From an uncultured cyanobacterium (GTDB taxonomy: Bacteria > Cyanobacteriota > Cyanobacteriia > PCC-6307 > Cyanobiaceae), in contig CAVXWZ010000011.1 in assembly GCA_963765575.1 (NCBI GenBank), forward strand, positions 640,001 to 704,000: a stretch of DNA of 64,000 bases. Reading direction: 5' to 3'. A model generated the notes under the pieces. That model ran no database searches. It was given only the letters and a program-made list of their open reading frames with translations, and was not told the DNA's origin. Positions within the stretch are counted from its first letter, which is position 1, and the number at the start of each line of letters is the position of its first letter. This document shows positions 48,786 through 58,892 of this stretch, one piece after another. The translations under genes and the position numbers were made by a program.

Positions 48786-48978
48786 GTCGTGGTGCCTCGG
48801 GGAATGCGTGCAGCCCGGAGCCCAGGGCCTGGGGCCTGGTGGGTCCTTCAATGCAGATCCGGCAGCTACCCAGAGGGGCTTGAGACACCCCACGAAACTT
48901 TCTGCCTTCTGTCTGCCTTGCCGTTGTCTGGTTGCCGTGCGATGCGGCAACCCAATGGAGAGCTGATAGGAAATCTTA

Positions 48979-49365
48979 TCAGTCGTTGCGCCGCTGGCCT
49001 TCGTCGTCGTCCCTCGGGGCCACATCCGCAGCCCGGCCGTAGTCATCGGCCAGGCGCTCGATGTCGTCCTCGCGGAGCGTCGCGCCCCGCTGCAGCTCGA
49101 TGATCTCCAGCGACGCAGGGCCCGCGGCGGCGCGGTGCACGGCACCCTGCGGGATCGTCAGCCCCACCCCGGGCCCCAGCCGGATCTCGGTGCCGTCCAC
49201 CCAGGCCAGGCCGTCACCGGCGGCCACCAGCCAGTGCTCGCAGCGATGGGTGTGGCGCTGCAGGCTGAGCCGCTGCCCCGGCTGCAGCACCAGCCGCTTG
49301 ACGCGGTAGCCCTCGCCCTCGGCCAGGGTCTCGAACCAGCCCCAGGGACGCTGGCTGCGGTTCAT
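48979..49365 (-). CDS. Type II mannose-6-phosphate isomerase C-terminal cupin
   Basis: RPWG.F, LSLQRH.HR.EHW, EDDIERL.DDYGR; ATGA overlap with recD. Confidence 0.88.
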   Translation of the reverse strand: MNRSQRPWGWFETLAEGEGYRVKRLVLQPGQRLSLQRHTHRCEHWLVAAGDGLAWVDGTEIRLGPGVGLTIPQGAVHRAAAGPASLEIIELQRGATLREDDIERLADDYGRAADVAPRDDDEGQRRND

Positions 49366-51017
49366 GGCGTCTGCGGTGTGAGCAGCTCGGCGCGCCGCCG
49401 TGCCCGGGTCAGGGCGGTGTAGAGCAGCCGGATCGCCGGCCGCCCGGTTGCCGGCATCAGCACCCACACCTCCTCGTACTCGCTGCCCTGGGCCTTGTGA
49501 ACGCTGAGGGCCAGGGCGGGACTGGCGGCAGGGAGCTGGGCTGGATGAATCCAGAGGGGAGTGTCGCCCCCGGCCGGCGCGAACAGGAGCCGTCGCTCGC
49601 CGCCCCGGTCCACCGCCACGCCCACATCGCCGTTGGCCAGGCCCAGGTCCGGCTGGTTCTGCCGGCAGAGCACCGGTGTGCCGGCCGGCCAGTGGCGGGC
49701 GGATCGCTCGGCCAGCTGCCCCAGCAGCGCCCGGTGCACGGCGTCGACTCCCCAGCGGCCGCCATGGACCGGGCTGAGGGCGATGCAGCAGTCCAGCTGG
49801 CCCAGCAGGGCGGCGGCCCCCTCCGGACGGTCCAGTTGATCGGCTGCGCTGAGGGCGGCCAGCTGCAGCTGCTGCCGGCGCAGGCGATCGATCAGCGTGG
49901 CTGGCAGTCGCTCGGCCGGTTGGCGTTGCCAGTGCAGGTTGGCCTGCGGATCCAGGCCGGCCAGCCAAGCCTCGAGGGTCTCGCCGGCCGGGCTGTCTGG
50001 GCTTGTTGCGCTGCTGCCGCGGCTGCGGGTGGGGGCGCTGTCGCCGTGCTCCTCGAGCTGCTGCCGCAGCCAGGCCGCCAGCTCGGCGATGGCGCCGTTG
50101 TTGCGGTAGGTGGTGTGCAGCTGCACGGCGGCCGCCCCCAGGGCCCGGCGGCGCTCCGGTGCCTGCAGCTCCAGCAGCACGGCGCCGGGCCCCACTGGCG
50201 GCAGCTGGGCGCTGTCGCCCACCAGCACCAGCTGGCAGGCCTGTGGCAGGGCCTCCAGCAGGGCCTGCATCAGGGGCAGATCGAGCATCGACACTTCGTC
50301 CACCACCAGCAGATCGAGGGCCAGGGGGTTGTGGCGGTGGCGGCCGAAGCCCTCGCCCCGGCTCTCCAGCAGGCGGTGCAGGGTGCTGCAGGGCAGCTGG
50401 GGGTGCTGGACCGCGATCGCCGCCCGCAGCCGTGCCGCCGCCTTGCCGGTGGGGGCCGCCAGGTGGATGCGGCTGGCGGGAGACCGGGCCCGCACCGCCG
50501 CCAGCATGCGGCTCACGGTGCTGGTCTTGCCCGTTCCCGGCCCCCCCTCCAGCAGCACCAGCCGCTGCTCCAGAACCGCCACCACCGCCTGACGTTGCTG
50601 AGGGTCGAGGCCGCTGCCGATGCTCTCCAGCAGCTCCTGGGCCAGCGGCTCGGAGGTCTGGCCCTCAGCGCTGGCCCCCAGGGCCCGGCTCAGCAGGGCC
50701 TCCAGCACGGCATCGCGCTGCTGCTGCCAGCGGCGCCAGCAGAGCTGATCGCCCTCGAGCACCAGGGGGGCCCAGGGCCCCGTGCTGAGGGCTGAGGCGC
50801 TCACCACGGAGAGTTGCTCGGGGTCGCGCAGGCTGAGCTGCACCCGCCCTTCCACCAGGGCGGTGGTGAGGGCGGCGATCACCTCCTCCAGGGCTGGGTC
50901 ACGGCCGCAGCCATGGAGGCGGGGCAGGGCTTCGGCCAGGGCTTCGCCCAGGGCGCTGACCCAGGTGGGCTGCTCACTGCTTGCGCCTCCCAGCGTCGAT
51001 GGGCCGGGCCTGGTCAT
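49362..51017 (-). CDS. recD: Exodeoxyribonuclease V alpha subunit
   Basis: GGPGTGKT, APTGKAA, VDEVSM, GDSAQL, NGDVG, HKAQGSE, YTALTRAR. Confidence 0.93.
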   Translation of the reverse strand: MTRPGPSTLGGASSEQPTWVSALGEALAEALPRLHGCGRDPALEEVIAALTTALVEGRVQLSLRDPEQLSVVSASALSTGPWAPLVLEGDQLCWRRWQQQRDAVLEALLSRALGASAEGQTSEPLAQELLESIGSGLDPQQRQAVVAVLEQRLVLLEGGPGTGKTSTVSRMLAAVRARSPASRIHLAAPTGKAAARLRAAIAVQHPQLPCSTLHRLLESRGEGFGRHRHNPLALDLLVVDEVSMLDLPLMQALLEALPQACQLVLVGDSAQLPPVGPGAVLLELQAPERRRALGAAAVQLHTTYRNNGAIAELAAWLRQQLEEHGDSAPTRSRGSSATSPDSPAGETLEAWLAGLDPQANLHWQRQPAERLPATLIDRLRRQQLQLAALSAADQLDRPEGAAALLGQLDCCIALSPVHGGRWGVDAVHRALLGQLAERSARHWPAGTPVLCRQNQPDLGLANGDVGVAVDRGGERRLLFAPAGGDTPLWIHPAQLPAASPALALSVHKAQGSEYEEVWVLMPATGRPAIRLLYTALTRARRRAELLTPQTP

Positions 51018-54000
51018 CGCCGCAGCTGGGCAGGGGTGCTGGCTGCCCCACCGGCCAGCAGGCGATCGAGGGCCAGCAAGCGCGGCAGGGGGGGCTGGTC
51101 AACGAACAGGCCCGGCGGCATCGGCCGGGGCAGGGTCGCCGGCCCGGCCGTGGTCTCCGGCGGCTCCGGCAGCCCCCGCAGAAACACATAGAGCGAGCCC
51201 CCCAGATGGCGTTCGGGGTCGTAGTCCGGCAGCCGCCAGCGCAGGTAGCGGTGCAGGGCCACCAGGTAGAGATGGGCCTGCAGGGGGTAGTGGTTGGCGG
51301 CCATCAGCGCTCCCAGCCGGGTGGGGTCGTAATGGCGAGGTCCGCAGTGGAGGGGCCTGCCGTCGCCATCGCGTTCCCCCAGCCAGTTGCTTTTCCAGTC
51401 CACCACCCACCAGCGCTCGCCGTGGCGCATCACCAGATCGATCGAGCCGGTGAGGAAGCCCTGGCTGTCCACCGGCAGCTCCGCCAGGGAGCGGGCATAG
51501 GCCCCATCCACCGACCCGCCGGGGTGGGCGGCGAACACCGCCGCCAGGCCCGCCGCCCGCACGGGGGCCAGGGGCAGATCGAAGTTCATCTCGTTGAGCC
51601 GCTCCCGCGGCCCCAGCTCGGCCAGGTGGAAGTGGCCCAGGGGGCCGCCGAGCGGCTGCCGCCGCAGGCGCTCCAGGCCCGCCAGCACCCCCGGGAGGTG
51701 CTCGTTGCCAATCCCGGCGCGGCGCAGCTCGGCAGCGCAGAGCGGCTGCTGCCCAGCCAGGGGCAGGCGGAAGTCCAGCCGCTCGAGGATGCGGTGCAGG
51801 CAATCCCCCGCCTGGGATCCGCGGGGGAAGCGCCCCAGCGGTCCGTCCTCGGGCCAGGGCTCGCCGCCGGCTGGCCGCCCTCCTGCCTGCACCAGCGGTT
51901 CCACGGTCACGGCGTCGGTTTCGCGGCCTTCCTCCAGTGCCACTGGCCCACTGCCGCTGCTGCCGTGGGTCCAGCTGGAGTAGCTGCTGCGTCCCCAGGT
52001 GCGATCAAAGCTGCGCTCCGGCACCGGCCCCGTGCTGAGTTTCGCCGCCGCCGCCGGGCTGACCGACTCCGCCTGGATGGGCGCTTTGGCTCCGGGGGGG
52101 TGCAGCAGCTGCAGGGGCAGCTCGCGCGCCGCCAGCTCCTGCTCCAGCAGGGCGAGCCAGTCGCCGTCGCTGCGGTGGCCATGGGGATCGTGGTCTGGAT
52201 CGGGCAACGCCTCGGCGCTGAACAGCCAGGGGTGCAGGGGGTTGCCCTGCTGGCCGGCGGCGGGCCCCCAGGCCAGCACCAGCCGCCGCTTGGCCCGGGT
52301 GACGGCCACGTAGGCGAGCCGCTCCAGCTCCGCCAGCTCGTCGAGGAGCTGCTGGCGGCGGGCCGCCCAGCCGGCCCCCCAGTGGCCGTTGCCGTGCAGA
52401 TCCAGCACCGCCCCGCCTGAACCGGGCGGATGCCAGCGCACGCCCGGGGTGCCCCCGGCCGCCCGGTTGCCCCGTGCCCCCTGCCACAGATAGGGACAGA
52501 TCACCACCGGGTATTCCAGACCCTTGCTGCGGTGCACCGTCATCACCGAGACCGCCGCATCCGCCACATCGCTGCGGGGCTGGTGGGCTTCCGGCACCAG
52601 CCGCCCCTCCTCCAGCCGCTGGCGGCGCAGCCAGTCGGCTGCCGCCGCCGCCCCGAGCTGGCCGGCGTGCAGGCGCTCCTGCACCAGCTCGGCGCATTGC
52701 AACAGATCCGCCAGCAACCTGCCCCCCAGCGAGAGGCGGGCGATGCCCCCCTCCTCCGCCAGGCCACCCACCACCGCCAGCAGACCGCGCTGGTTCAGGT
52801 GCTCCGCCAGTTCGGCCAGCCGTCCGGCCAGCTCACTCCAGGTCTGGACGCCGGCCGCGGCGATCCGGCCGGCACTCCAGCCCAGCAGCGGCGAGGCGGC
52901 CAGCAGCCGCAGCCGGTTGCTGTCGGCGGGAGCGGCGAGGGCATCGAGCAGCCGCTGCAGGGCGGTGGCGGCAGGACTCTCGAACACATCGCCGTGGCTC
53001 ACCAGCCGGCTGGCCAGGCCCAGGCCCTCCAGGGCCTGGCGCTGGGCTTCCGCCTGGCTGTGGCTGCTCACCAGCACGCACACATCCGCCGGGCTGAGCC
53101 CTTGCGGACGGCCTTGCTGCAGCAGGGCGGCGGTGCGGGCGGCGATGGCTGCCGGCAGCTGCCGCTCCAGGGTGGAGCGGCTGGGCAACTTTTGCCCCGC
53201 CAGCCGCTGCTGCCCCAGCCACAGCAGCTCCACTGCCAGCCCATCGCCGAACAGATCCAGGGGCGCCGTGGCGGCCCTGGCCCGCACCGCCGGCACCGCC
53301 AGGTCGGAGCGGCGCAGCCCCGGGGCCATCAGTCCGTTGAGGCCCGCAACCAGGGGCTCCGCCGAGCGGTGGTTGTCCCCCAGCATCCAGATGCCATCGC
53401 CGGCGGCGGCGGTGGCCCGGGCCTGGAGATAGGTGCTGAGCTCGCCGCCGCGGAAGCGGTAGATGGCCTGCTTGGGATCGCCCACCAGCACCACGCGGTG
53501 CAGATCGGCTCGAAAGGCGCGCGAGAGGATCCGCCACTGGATCGGATCGGTGTCCTGGAACTCATCGATCAGGGCTGCGCCGTAGCGCTGCCCCACCGCC
53601 TCCAGCAGCGGTGTGCTCTGGTGCTCGCCGGGATCGAGTCCCTCCAGCAACTGGGCGAAGCCCAGCCGGCCGCTGCGACGGCGGCGGCGATCGAGCTCGG
53701 CCCGTCCCCAGTGGGCGGCATGGAGCAGCAGCCGCTCGGCCGGACCATCGACCACGGCGGCGATGGCCTCCAGCAGCGGCCGTTGGGGCAGGGAGGGCTC
53801 GGTGCTGGGTTGGCCGGCTTCAGCCGCAGCGCTGGCCTCGATCGGACGGGCCACCTTCAGGAAGGCGCCCGGGTGGAAGTAGCTGTGCAGCAGCTCAGCG
53901 CCGCCTGCGGCGGCCATCAGGGCGCCGTAGTCCCCTTGCGGCCCCTGGTCAGCCAGCCAGCGGGTCACGTCCCCCACCCGATCCCTGCGGGCCCCGGGGC

Positions 54001-54787
54001 TGTAGGGGGTGGTTTTTGAGAACCCGAGCGTGCGCCAGTGGCCGGCGGTGGCGCGGAACTCAGCCTCCAGATCCGCGGCCCGTTGCGGCCAGAGCTCCAG
54101 AACCTGCTGCCAGTCGTGATGCCAGCACCACGCGAGCTGGGGCGCCAGGGGCTCCTCGAGCGTCAAGCCCTCGGGCAGGGGGTCGAGCTGCAGGGCCGGA
54201 TCGTCGTCCAGCTTCCGCAGCAGCGCCGCCAGGGCTTGCGGCCCTTGCACACGGCGCTGCAGCCCGCCCAGCAGCCGGGGCGGCAGGGGCAGCACCTGCT
54301 GCCGCCAGTAGTCGTGGGCGATCTGTTCGGCGAGCACGCTGCCGTCGCGGTCCAGCTCCAGCCCCGGTGCCTGGCCGGCCTCCAGGGCCTGGCGTTGCAG
54401 GGTGCGACGGCAGAAGCCGTGGATGGTGGTGATGTCGGCGGCGTCGAGCTCCTCCAGGGCCAGCAGCAGCCGCGCCCGCAGGCCGGCGGCCCTGGGCCGC
54501 ATCCGCTCCAGCCACTCCGCCAGGGTGGAGTCGGGCGCGGGCGCCTGTGGGTCCTCGAGGCAGGCCAGGGCCGCCTGCAGCCGCCGGCCGATGCGGTCGC
54601 GCAGTTCCGCCGCCGCCGCATCGGTGAAGGTCACCACCAGCAGCTGGCGCAGGCTGAGGTCTGTTTCGCTGAGCAGGCGCAGCACCAGCTGGGCGAGGGC
54701 GAAGGTCTTGCCCGTGCCGGCGCTGGCCTCCAGCAGGCGCAGCCCCGGCTCGAGGGGAAAGCTGTCGGCGGCGAAGATCCGGCTCAT
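51014..54787 (-). CDS. recB: Exodeoxyribonuclease V beta subunit
   Basis: EASAGTGKT, DEFQDTD, GDPKQAIY.FRG, HRSKGLEY, YVAVTRA; nuclease GSIDLV..DWKSN..YPLQAHLY. Confidence 0.95.
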   Translation of the reverse strand: MSRIFAADSFPLEPGLRLLEASAGTGKTFALAQLVLRLLSETDLSLRQLLVVTFTDAAAAELRDRIGRRLQAALACLEDPQAPAPDSTLAEWLERMRPRAAGLRARLLLALEELDAADITTIHGFCRRTLQRQALEAGQAPGLELDRDGSVLAEQIAHDYWRQQVLPLPPRLLGGLQRRVQGPQALAALLRKLDDDPALQLDPLPEGLTLEEPLAPQLAWCWHHDWQQVLELWPQRAADLEAEFRATAGHWRTLGFSKTTPYSPGARRDRVGDVTRWLADQGPQGDYGALMAAAGGAELLHSYFHPGAFLKVARPIEASAAAEAGQPSTEPSLPQRPLLEAIAAVVDGPAERLLLHAAHWGRAELDRRRRRSGRLGFAQLLEGLDPGEHQSTPLLEAVGQRYGAALIDEFQDTDPIQWRILSRAFRADLHRVVLVGDPKQAIYRFRGGELSTYLQARATAAAGDGIWMLGDNHRSAEPLVAGLNGLMAPGLRRSDLAVPAVRARAATAPLDLFGDGLAVELLWLGQQRLAGQKLPSRSTLERQLPAAIAARTAALLQQGRPQGLSPADVCVLVSSHSQAEAQRQALEGLGLASRLVSHGDVFESPAATALQRLLDALAAPADSNRLRLLAASPLLGWSAGRIAAAGVQTWSELAGRLAELAEHLNQRGLLAVVGGLAEEGGIARLSLGGRLLADLLQCAELVQERLHAGQLGAAAAADWLRRQRLEEGRLVPEAHQPRSDVADAAVSVMTVHRSKGLEYPVVICPYLWQGARGNRAAGGTPGVRWHPPGSGGAVLDLHGNGHWGAGWAARRQQLLDELAELERLAYVAVTRAKRRLVLAWGPAAGQQGNPLHPWLFSAEALPDPDHDPHGHRSDGDWLALLEQELAARELPLQLLHPPGAKAPIQAESVSPAAAAKLSTGPVPERSFDRTWGRSSYSSWTHGSSGSGPVALEEGRETDAVTVEPLVQAGGRPAGGEPWPEDGPLGRFPRGSQAGDCLHRILERLDFRLPLAGQQPLCAAELRRAGIGNEHLPGVLAGLERLRRQPLGGPLGHFHLAELGPRERLNEMNFDLPLAPVRAAGLAAVFAAHPGGSVDGAYARSLAELPVDSQGFLTGSIDLVMRHGERWWVVDWKSNWLGERDGDGRPLHCGPRHYDPTRLGALMAANHYPLQAHLYLVALHRYLRWRLPDYDPERHLGGSLYVFLRGLPEPPETTAGPATLPRPMPPGLFVDQPPLPRLLALDRLLAGGAASTPAQLRR

Positions 54788-57700
54788 GCCAGCCGCTCCA
54801 GCAGGGGGCCCAGCAGCTCGATGGCGCGCTCGGTGAAGGGCGGCTGCAGCAGCTCGGCGGCCGGCAGGGCGGCGCCGAAACAGAGGGACTGCTCGGCCTG
54901 CCGCCGCTCGCCGGGCCGGCCCACACCCCCCTCCCAGACTTCAGCGGCCTGGGCCGGCCCCTGGTGCAGCAGGGCCCAGCCGGTCTCCGGCGGCACCGGC
55001 CAGCAGCGCCGCCGCCACTGCTCCCGCAGTGCCGCCAGCCGTTTCAGTTCCCGGCGGGCGTCGTCGCTGTCCAGTGGTTGGAGCTGCAGTCGCACCTCGA
55101 AGCTGCTCTGGCCCCGCGCCACCAGCAGACCCTGGCCAGGCTTGGTGCCGGCAGCACAGGCCAGCAGCAACTGCAGCCAGAGGTCAAGGCGGTGGCGGCA
55201 GCGGTCGCGGGCGGTGTGGATCAGCAGCAGGTGCTCACCCCGCCAGTGCAGGCGCTGGCTCCAGCCATCCCAGCTCAGCTCCTGCTGGCGTTCAGCCCCG
55301 AGGGGATCGAGGGCGGCCTGCAGATCCCGCCAGCGCTGGGCCAGCAGCTCCGCCTCCAGTTCCCCCGCCGCCAGGGGCGGCAGCAGGCCCCGGCCCTGCT
55401 CGCGCACCAGCCAGTGGCCGGCCCTGGCCGGCCCCCCGTCCGCGCCCAGCTCGGGGTCCGCCAGGGTCTGGCGCAGCAACGCGGCCCGCTGGCGCTCCTC
55501 CAGGCAGAGGGCGCCGAGGTCGTCGATCGTGTCGGCCCACTCGCCGGGCCGCAGGCCCAGCTCTCGCAACCACTGGCGTTGGGGGGCCATCAGCCAGTCG
55601 CGCAGGTCGATGCCGGGATCGGCCCCGGGCTCAAGAGCGGCGGGATCGAGGGGTTCGGGAGGCTCGCTGGCGGCCAGGGGCAGCGGCCGCTGCAGCGCTG
55701 CATCGCCCTCCAGCAGGCGACGGGCCAGCAGCAGACGGCGGTCGCAGCTGGCCGCAGGGCGCTCCGGGCCGGGCAGGAAGTTGCCCCGCTCCAGGGGATT
55801 GGCGGGGTGCTCCACCACCAGGCCGCTGGTGTCGCCGAGCTGCTGGGCCAGCCAGTCCAGCCATTGCCGCACCGGTGGGGAGGGCGGCAGGCTCTCGCCC
55901 TTGCGTTCGTCCCGGCTGCTCCAGGTGATCAGCAGGTGGTCGCGGGCCGACAGCAGGGCCTCCAGGAGCACGTAGCGGTCCTGGTCGGCGGGGTTGGGAT
56001 CCCCCAGCCGGCGCTGCCGCTCCAGCAGATGGAAGCCGGGCCTGAAGCGCTGGCGCGGGAACACGCCCTCATCCAGCCCCATCAGCACGATCACCCGGTG
56101 GGGGATGGCCCGCATCGGCTCCAGGGCACTGATCGTGAGCGCGCCGCTGCGGTGGCCGAAGCGCCCCGCATCGGCCGAGAGCCGTTCCTCCAGCACCGCC
56201 GTGAGCACGGCGGCCTCCAGCTCCAGCCCGCAGTCGGCGGCGGCCTGCTCGGCATCGTCGATGGCCGCCAGCAGCACCGGTAGCTCCCAGGCCGCTTCGC
56301 CGCCGTCGCCGAACAGATCGGCCAGCAGCTCGCGCAGGGTGCCGGCCCAGGCCGCCATCGGGCGCGGTTGCCGCAGCTCCGTCAGCCAGTGCCGCAGCCG
56401 GCCGAGCAGAAGCAACCAGCGGCCCACCAGTTCCAGGTCGTGGCCGCTGGCCAGGGGGGCCGTGGCGGCCGGTGCCAGCCCCGGCGCCTCGGGCAGCACC
56501 AGTCCCAGCAACAACCGATCGATCGCCCAGGCCAGGCTGCCCTCCCGGCGGCCTCCCCGCTCCTGGCCATCCAGGCCCCAGTGGAAGCCAGCCCGCTGCA
56601 GCAGCCGATGCAGCTCCGCCACATCCTCGGGCCTGAGCTGGACATGCTCCTGCAGCGGACGGCTCTCCAGCAGGTCTTCCAGGCCGGAGGCGGTGAGCCG
56701 TTCCCCCGCCAGCCGCAGCAGCGCCACCAGGCTGCGGCCGATGCCGGCCTCGCTCTGCTGGCTGCGGTCGGTGAGTCGCCAGGCCAGGCTGACGCCGGTG
56801 GCCTCCCGGTCGCCGAACACCGAGGCCAGCAGTGGCGCGAAGCGGTCCACCTGGGGGGTCATCACCAGCACGTCGCGGGGCTCGAGCGAGGAGTCGTCCG
56901 CCAACAGCTGCAGCACCCGGTCGCGCACGATCTCCACCTGGCGCAGCCGCCCCGGGCAGGGGTGGAACTCCAGCGAGCTGTCACCCCGCGCGCGCAGCAG
57001 CGGTGGGTCCGGCCCAGCCGTGCCGGGTCCATCCCAGCCCGCCTGGGCGAGCTGGCGCTGCAGCTGATGCAGCAGGGGTGCGGGCCCCGGCCCGGGGTGG
57101 GCGGCGGTGGGATCGCCGAACAGGTCGCGCTCCTGCCACTGGCCCTGGGCAACCCCGCCGCTGCCCTCCAGGAGCTGTTGAAATTCACCCCCCAGCCGGC
57201 CGAAGCGCGCCTCCAGCCCCGGGCACTCGATCAGCCAGTCGCCCTCGATTGGCTGCTGCAGGGCGATGGCATCGCTGAGGGCTCTCCGCCGGTCGCCGCA
57301 GCGCCGCCACAGCTCGGCCCCGGGGGTGAGCAGGAACAGATCCACGGGGATGTGGACACTGAGGGCCCGCAGCAGCCGCACCTGCACCGGGGCCAGGCTG
57401 CTCAACCCGAACAGGCGCAGCACTGCCGGCAGGCTGCCCGGGGGTGGAGGCCCGTTGTCCAGCCGCTGGATCGCCTCCAGCACCCGCAGCCCGAAGGGTT
57501 TCACGCCCAGCCGCCGGGCCAGCAGCTGCACCAGCAGGGGCTGCCAGGCCGGCGCTGCAGCCCCCGCCGGTTCCGTTGCAACGCCCTGCCACCAGGCGGT
57601 CAGCAGTTCGGGGCGGTAGAGGGCGTAGTCGTCGATGGCATCGGCGATGGCCCGCCCCAGCTGCCAGCGGGCCAGCTCCAGGTGTTGGCCCCCGGGCCCG

Positions 57701-58074
57701 CCGCGCTGGCGCAACCACAGGCGCAGCGGTTCGCCTGCGGGCTCCCGCTCCAGCTCGGGCAACAGCTCCAGCACCGGCCATACCAGCTCAGCGGCACGCC
57801 AGGGATCCCGCCCATTGCCGCCCTCTCCCAAGCCGCCCTCTCCCAGCACCCCATCCACCACCCGGCGCAGCAGGGTTCCGGGGAAGGGGAAACGGATGTG
57901 GGCGGCGACTCCGCCCAGCTCCACGGCCAGCTGTTCCCCCAGCCAGCGGCTGGTGGGCCAGGTGTTGACCACCACCTCCACCAGCTCGAACGGGGCCGGG
58001 GGATGGCTGTGCAGCTGGGCGGCCAGCACCTCGGCCAGCCACTCGGCGCGGTTGCTGCGGAAGACGGTCAGCAA
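54784..58074 (-). CDS. recC: Exodeoxyribonuclease V gamma subunit
   Basis: MLTVFRSNRAE.L, YALYRP, RQVEI.RD, PMRAIPHRVI..G, DRYVLLEALLSAR. Confidence 0.93.
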   Translation of the reverse strand: MLTVFRSNRAEWLAEVLAAQLHSHPPAPFELVEVVVNTWPTSRWLGEQLAVELGGVAAHIRFPFPGTLLRRVVDGVLGEGGLGEGGNGRDPWRAAELVWPVLELLPELEREPAGEPLRLWLRQRGGPGGQHLELARWQLGRAIADAIDDYALYRPELLTAWWQGVATEPAGAAAPAWQPLLVQLLARRLGVKPFGLRVLEAIQRLDNGPPPPGSLPAVLRLFGLSSLAPVQVRLLRALSVHIPVDLFLLTPGAELWRRCGDRRRALSDAIALQQPIEGDWLIECPGLEARFGRLGGEFQQLLEGSGGVAQGQWQERDLFGDPTAAHPGPGPAPLLHQLQRQLAQAGWDGPGTAGPDPPLLRARGDSSLEFHPCPGRLRQVEIVRDRVLQLLADDSSLEPRDVLVMTPQVDRFAPLLASVFGDREATGVSLAWRLTDRSQQSEAGIGRSLVALLRLAGERLTASGLEDLLESRPLQEHVQLRPEDVAELHRLLQRAGFHWGLDGQERGGRREGSLAWAIDRLLLGLVLPEAPGLAPAATAPLASGHDLELVGRWLLLLGRLRHWLTELRQPRPMAAWAGTLRELLADLFGDGGEAAWELPVLLAAIDDAEQAAADCGLELEAAVLTAVLEERLSADAGRFGHRSGALTISALEPMRAIPHRVIVLMGLDEGVFPRQRFRPGFHLLERQRRLGDPNPADQDRYVLLEALLSARDHLLITWSSRDERKGESLPPSPPVRQWLDWLAQQLGDTSGLVVEHPANPLERGNFLPGPERPAASCDRRLLLARRLLEGDAALQRPLPLAASEPPEPLDPAALEPGADPGIDLRDWLMAPQRQWLRELGLRPGEWADTIDDLGALCLEERQRAALLRQTLADPELGADGGPARAGHWLVREQGRGLLPPLAAGELEAELLAQRWRDLQAALDPLGAERQQELSWDGWSQRLHWRGEHLLLIHTARDRCRHRLDLWLQLLLACAAGTKPGQGLLVARGQSSFEVRLQLQPLDSDDARRELKRLAALREQWRRRCWPVPPETGWALLHQGPAQAAEVWEGGVGRPGERRQAEQSLCFGAALPAAELLQPPFTERAIELLGPLLERLA

Positions 58075-58086
58075 GGACGGCTCCGC

Positions 58087-58785
58087 TCAGCCCTGGCAGC
58101 GCTGCAGTCGGCGGCGGGCAGGGATCGCCGCCAGCTGCGCGCGCATGGCCGGCGGCAGTGCCGGGGGCAGCAGGGGGTGCTGGCCCGGCACCTGAACCAC
58201 CGCCCCGGTCTCTGGGCAGTAGGCGCTGAGCTCGCCGCCGTAGCAGGCGCCCGTGTCCACGATCACGATCTCGCCATGACGGCGGATACCAGGGCCGGGC
58301 GTGTGGCCCACCACCACCTGGCCGTAGCGGCCGTCGTAGGCGTGCCAGAAGGGGGAGCGGATGCGCAGGTCGGGCTGCCAGTGGTGGGGATCGAAACCGG
58401 CATGGGTGGCGACCCAGCCCCGGCCCCCATAGACGCTGGGCAGGCTCTCGAGCCGCCTGCGCCAGAAGCGGCAGAGGCCACTGCCCAGCTGGCGCACGGT
58501 GTCGGATCCCGCCAGACGCTGGGCGCTGGCGGGATCCTCCCGGCCCAGATCGGCCGCCAGATCGGCCTCATGGTTGCCCTGCAGCCAGACAGCCCGGCCG
58601 CTGCGCACCAGCTGCCAGGCCAGCTCCATGGTGCGCTGGATCTGGGGGCCGCGGCTGATCACATCGCCGCAGAGCACGAGCCGGTCGTCGGCAGGCAGAC
58701 GCCCCAGCAGCTGCTCCAGGGAATCGGCGCAACCATGCACGTCGCCCACGATCCAGTGATGGGCTGGCCTGGAGCAGGGCGGCAT
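58087..58785 (-). CDS. PPP-family metallophosphoesterase (ApaH/PrpA-like)
   Basis: GDVHG, GDVISRGP, GNHE, HAG, GHTP, DTGA; ATG 58785. Confidence 0.9.
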   Translation of the reverse strand: MPPCSRPAHHWIVGDVHGCADSLEQLLGRLPADDRLVLCGDVISRGPQIQRTMELAWQLVRSGRAVWLQGNHEADLAADLGREDPASAQRLAGSDTVRQLGSGLCRFWRRRLESLPSVYGGRGWVATHAGFDPHHWQPDLRIRSPFWHAYDGRYGQVVVGHTPGPGIRRHGEIVIVDTGACYGGELSAYCPETGAVVQVPGQHPLLPPALPPAMRAQLAAIPARRRLQRCQG

Positions 58786-58892
58786 CAAACGTTGGCATTG
58801 CTGCCAGTCTGCGCCTTTGCGCTGCATCTGTCACCAGCCCAGCGAGGGCCGGTGGTTGGTACGGTCAGCCCCTGGCCCCGGCGGAGGCGGTG

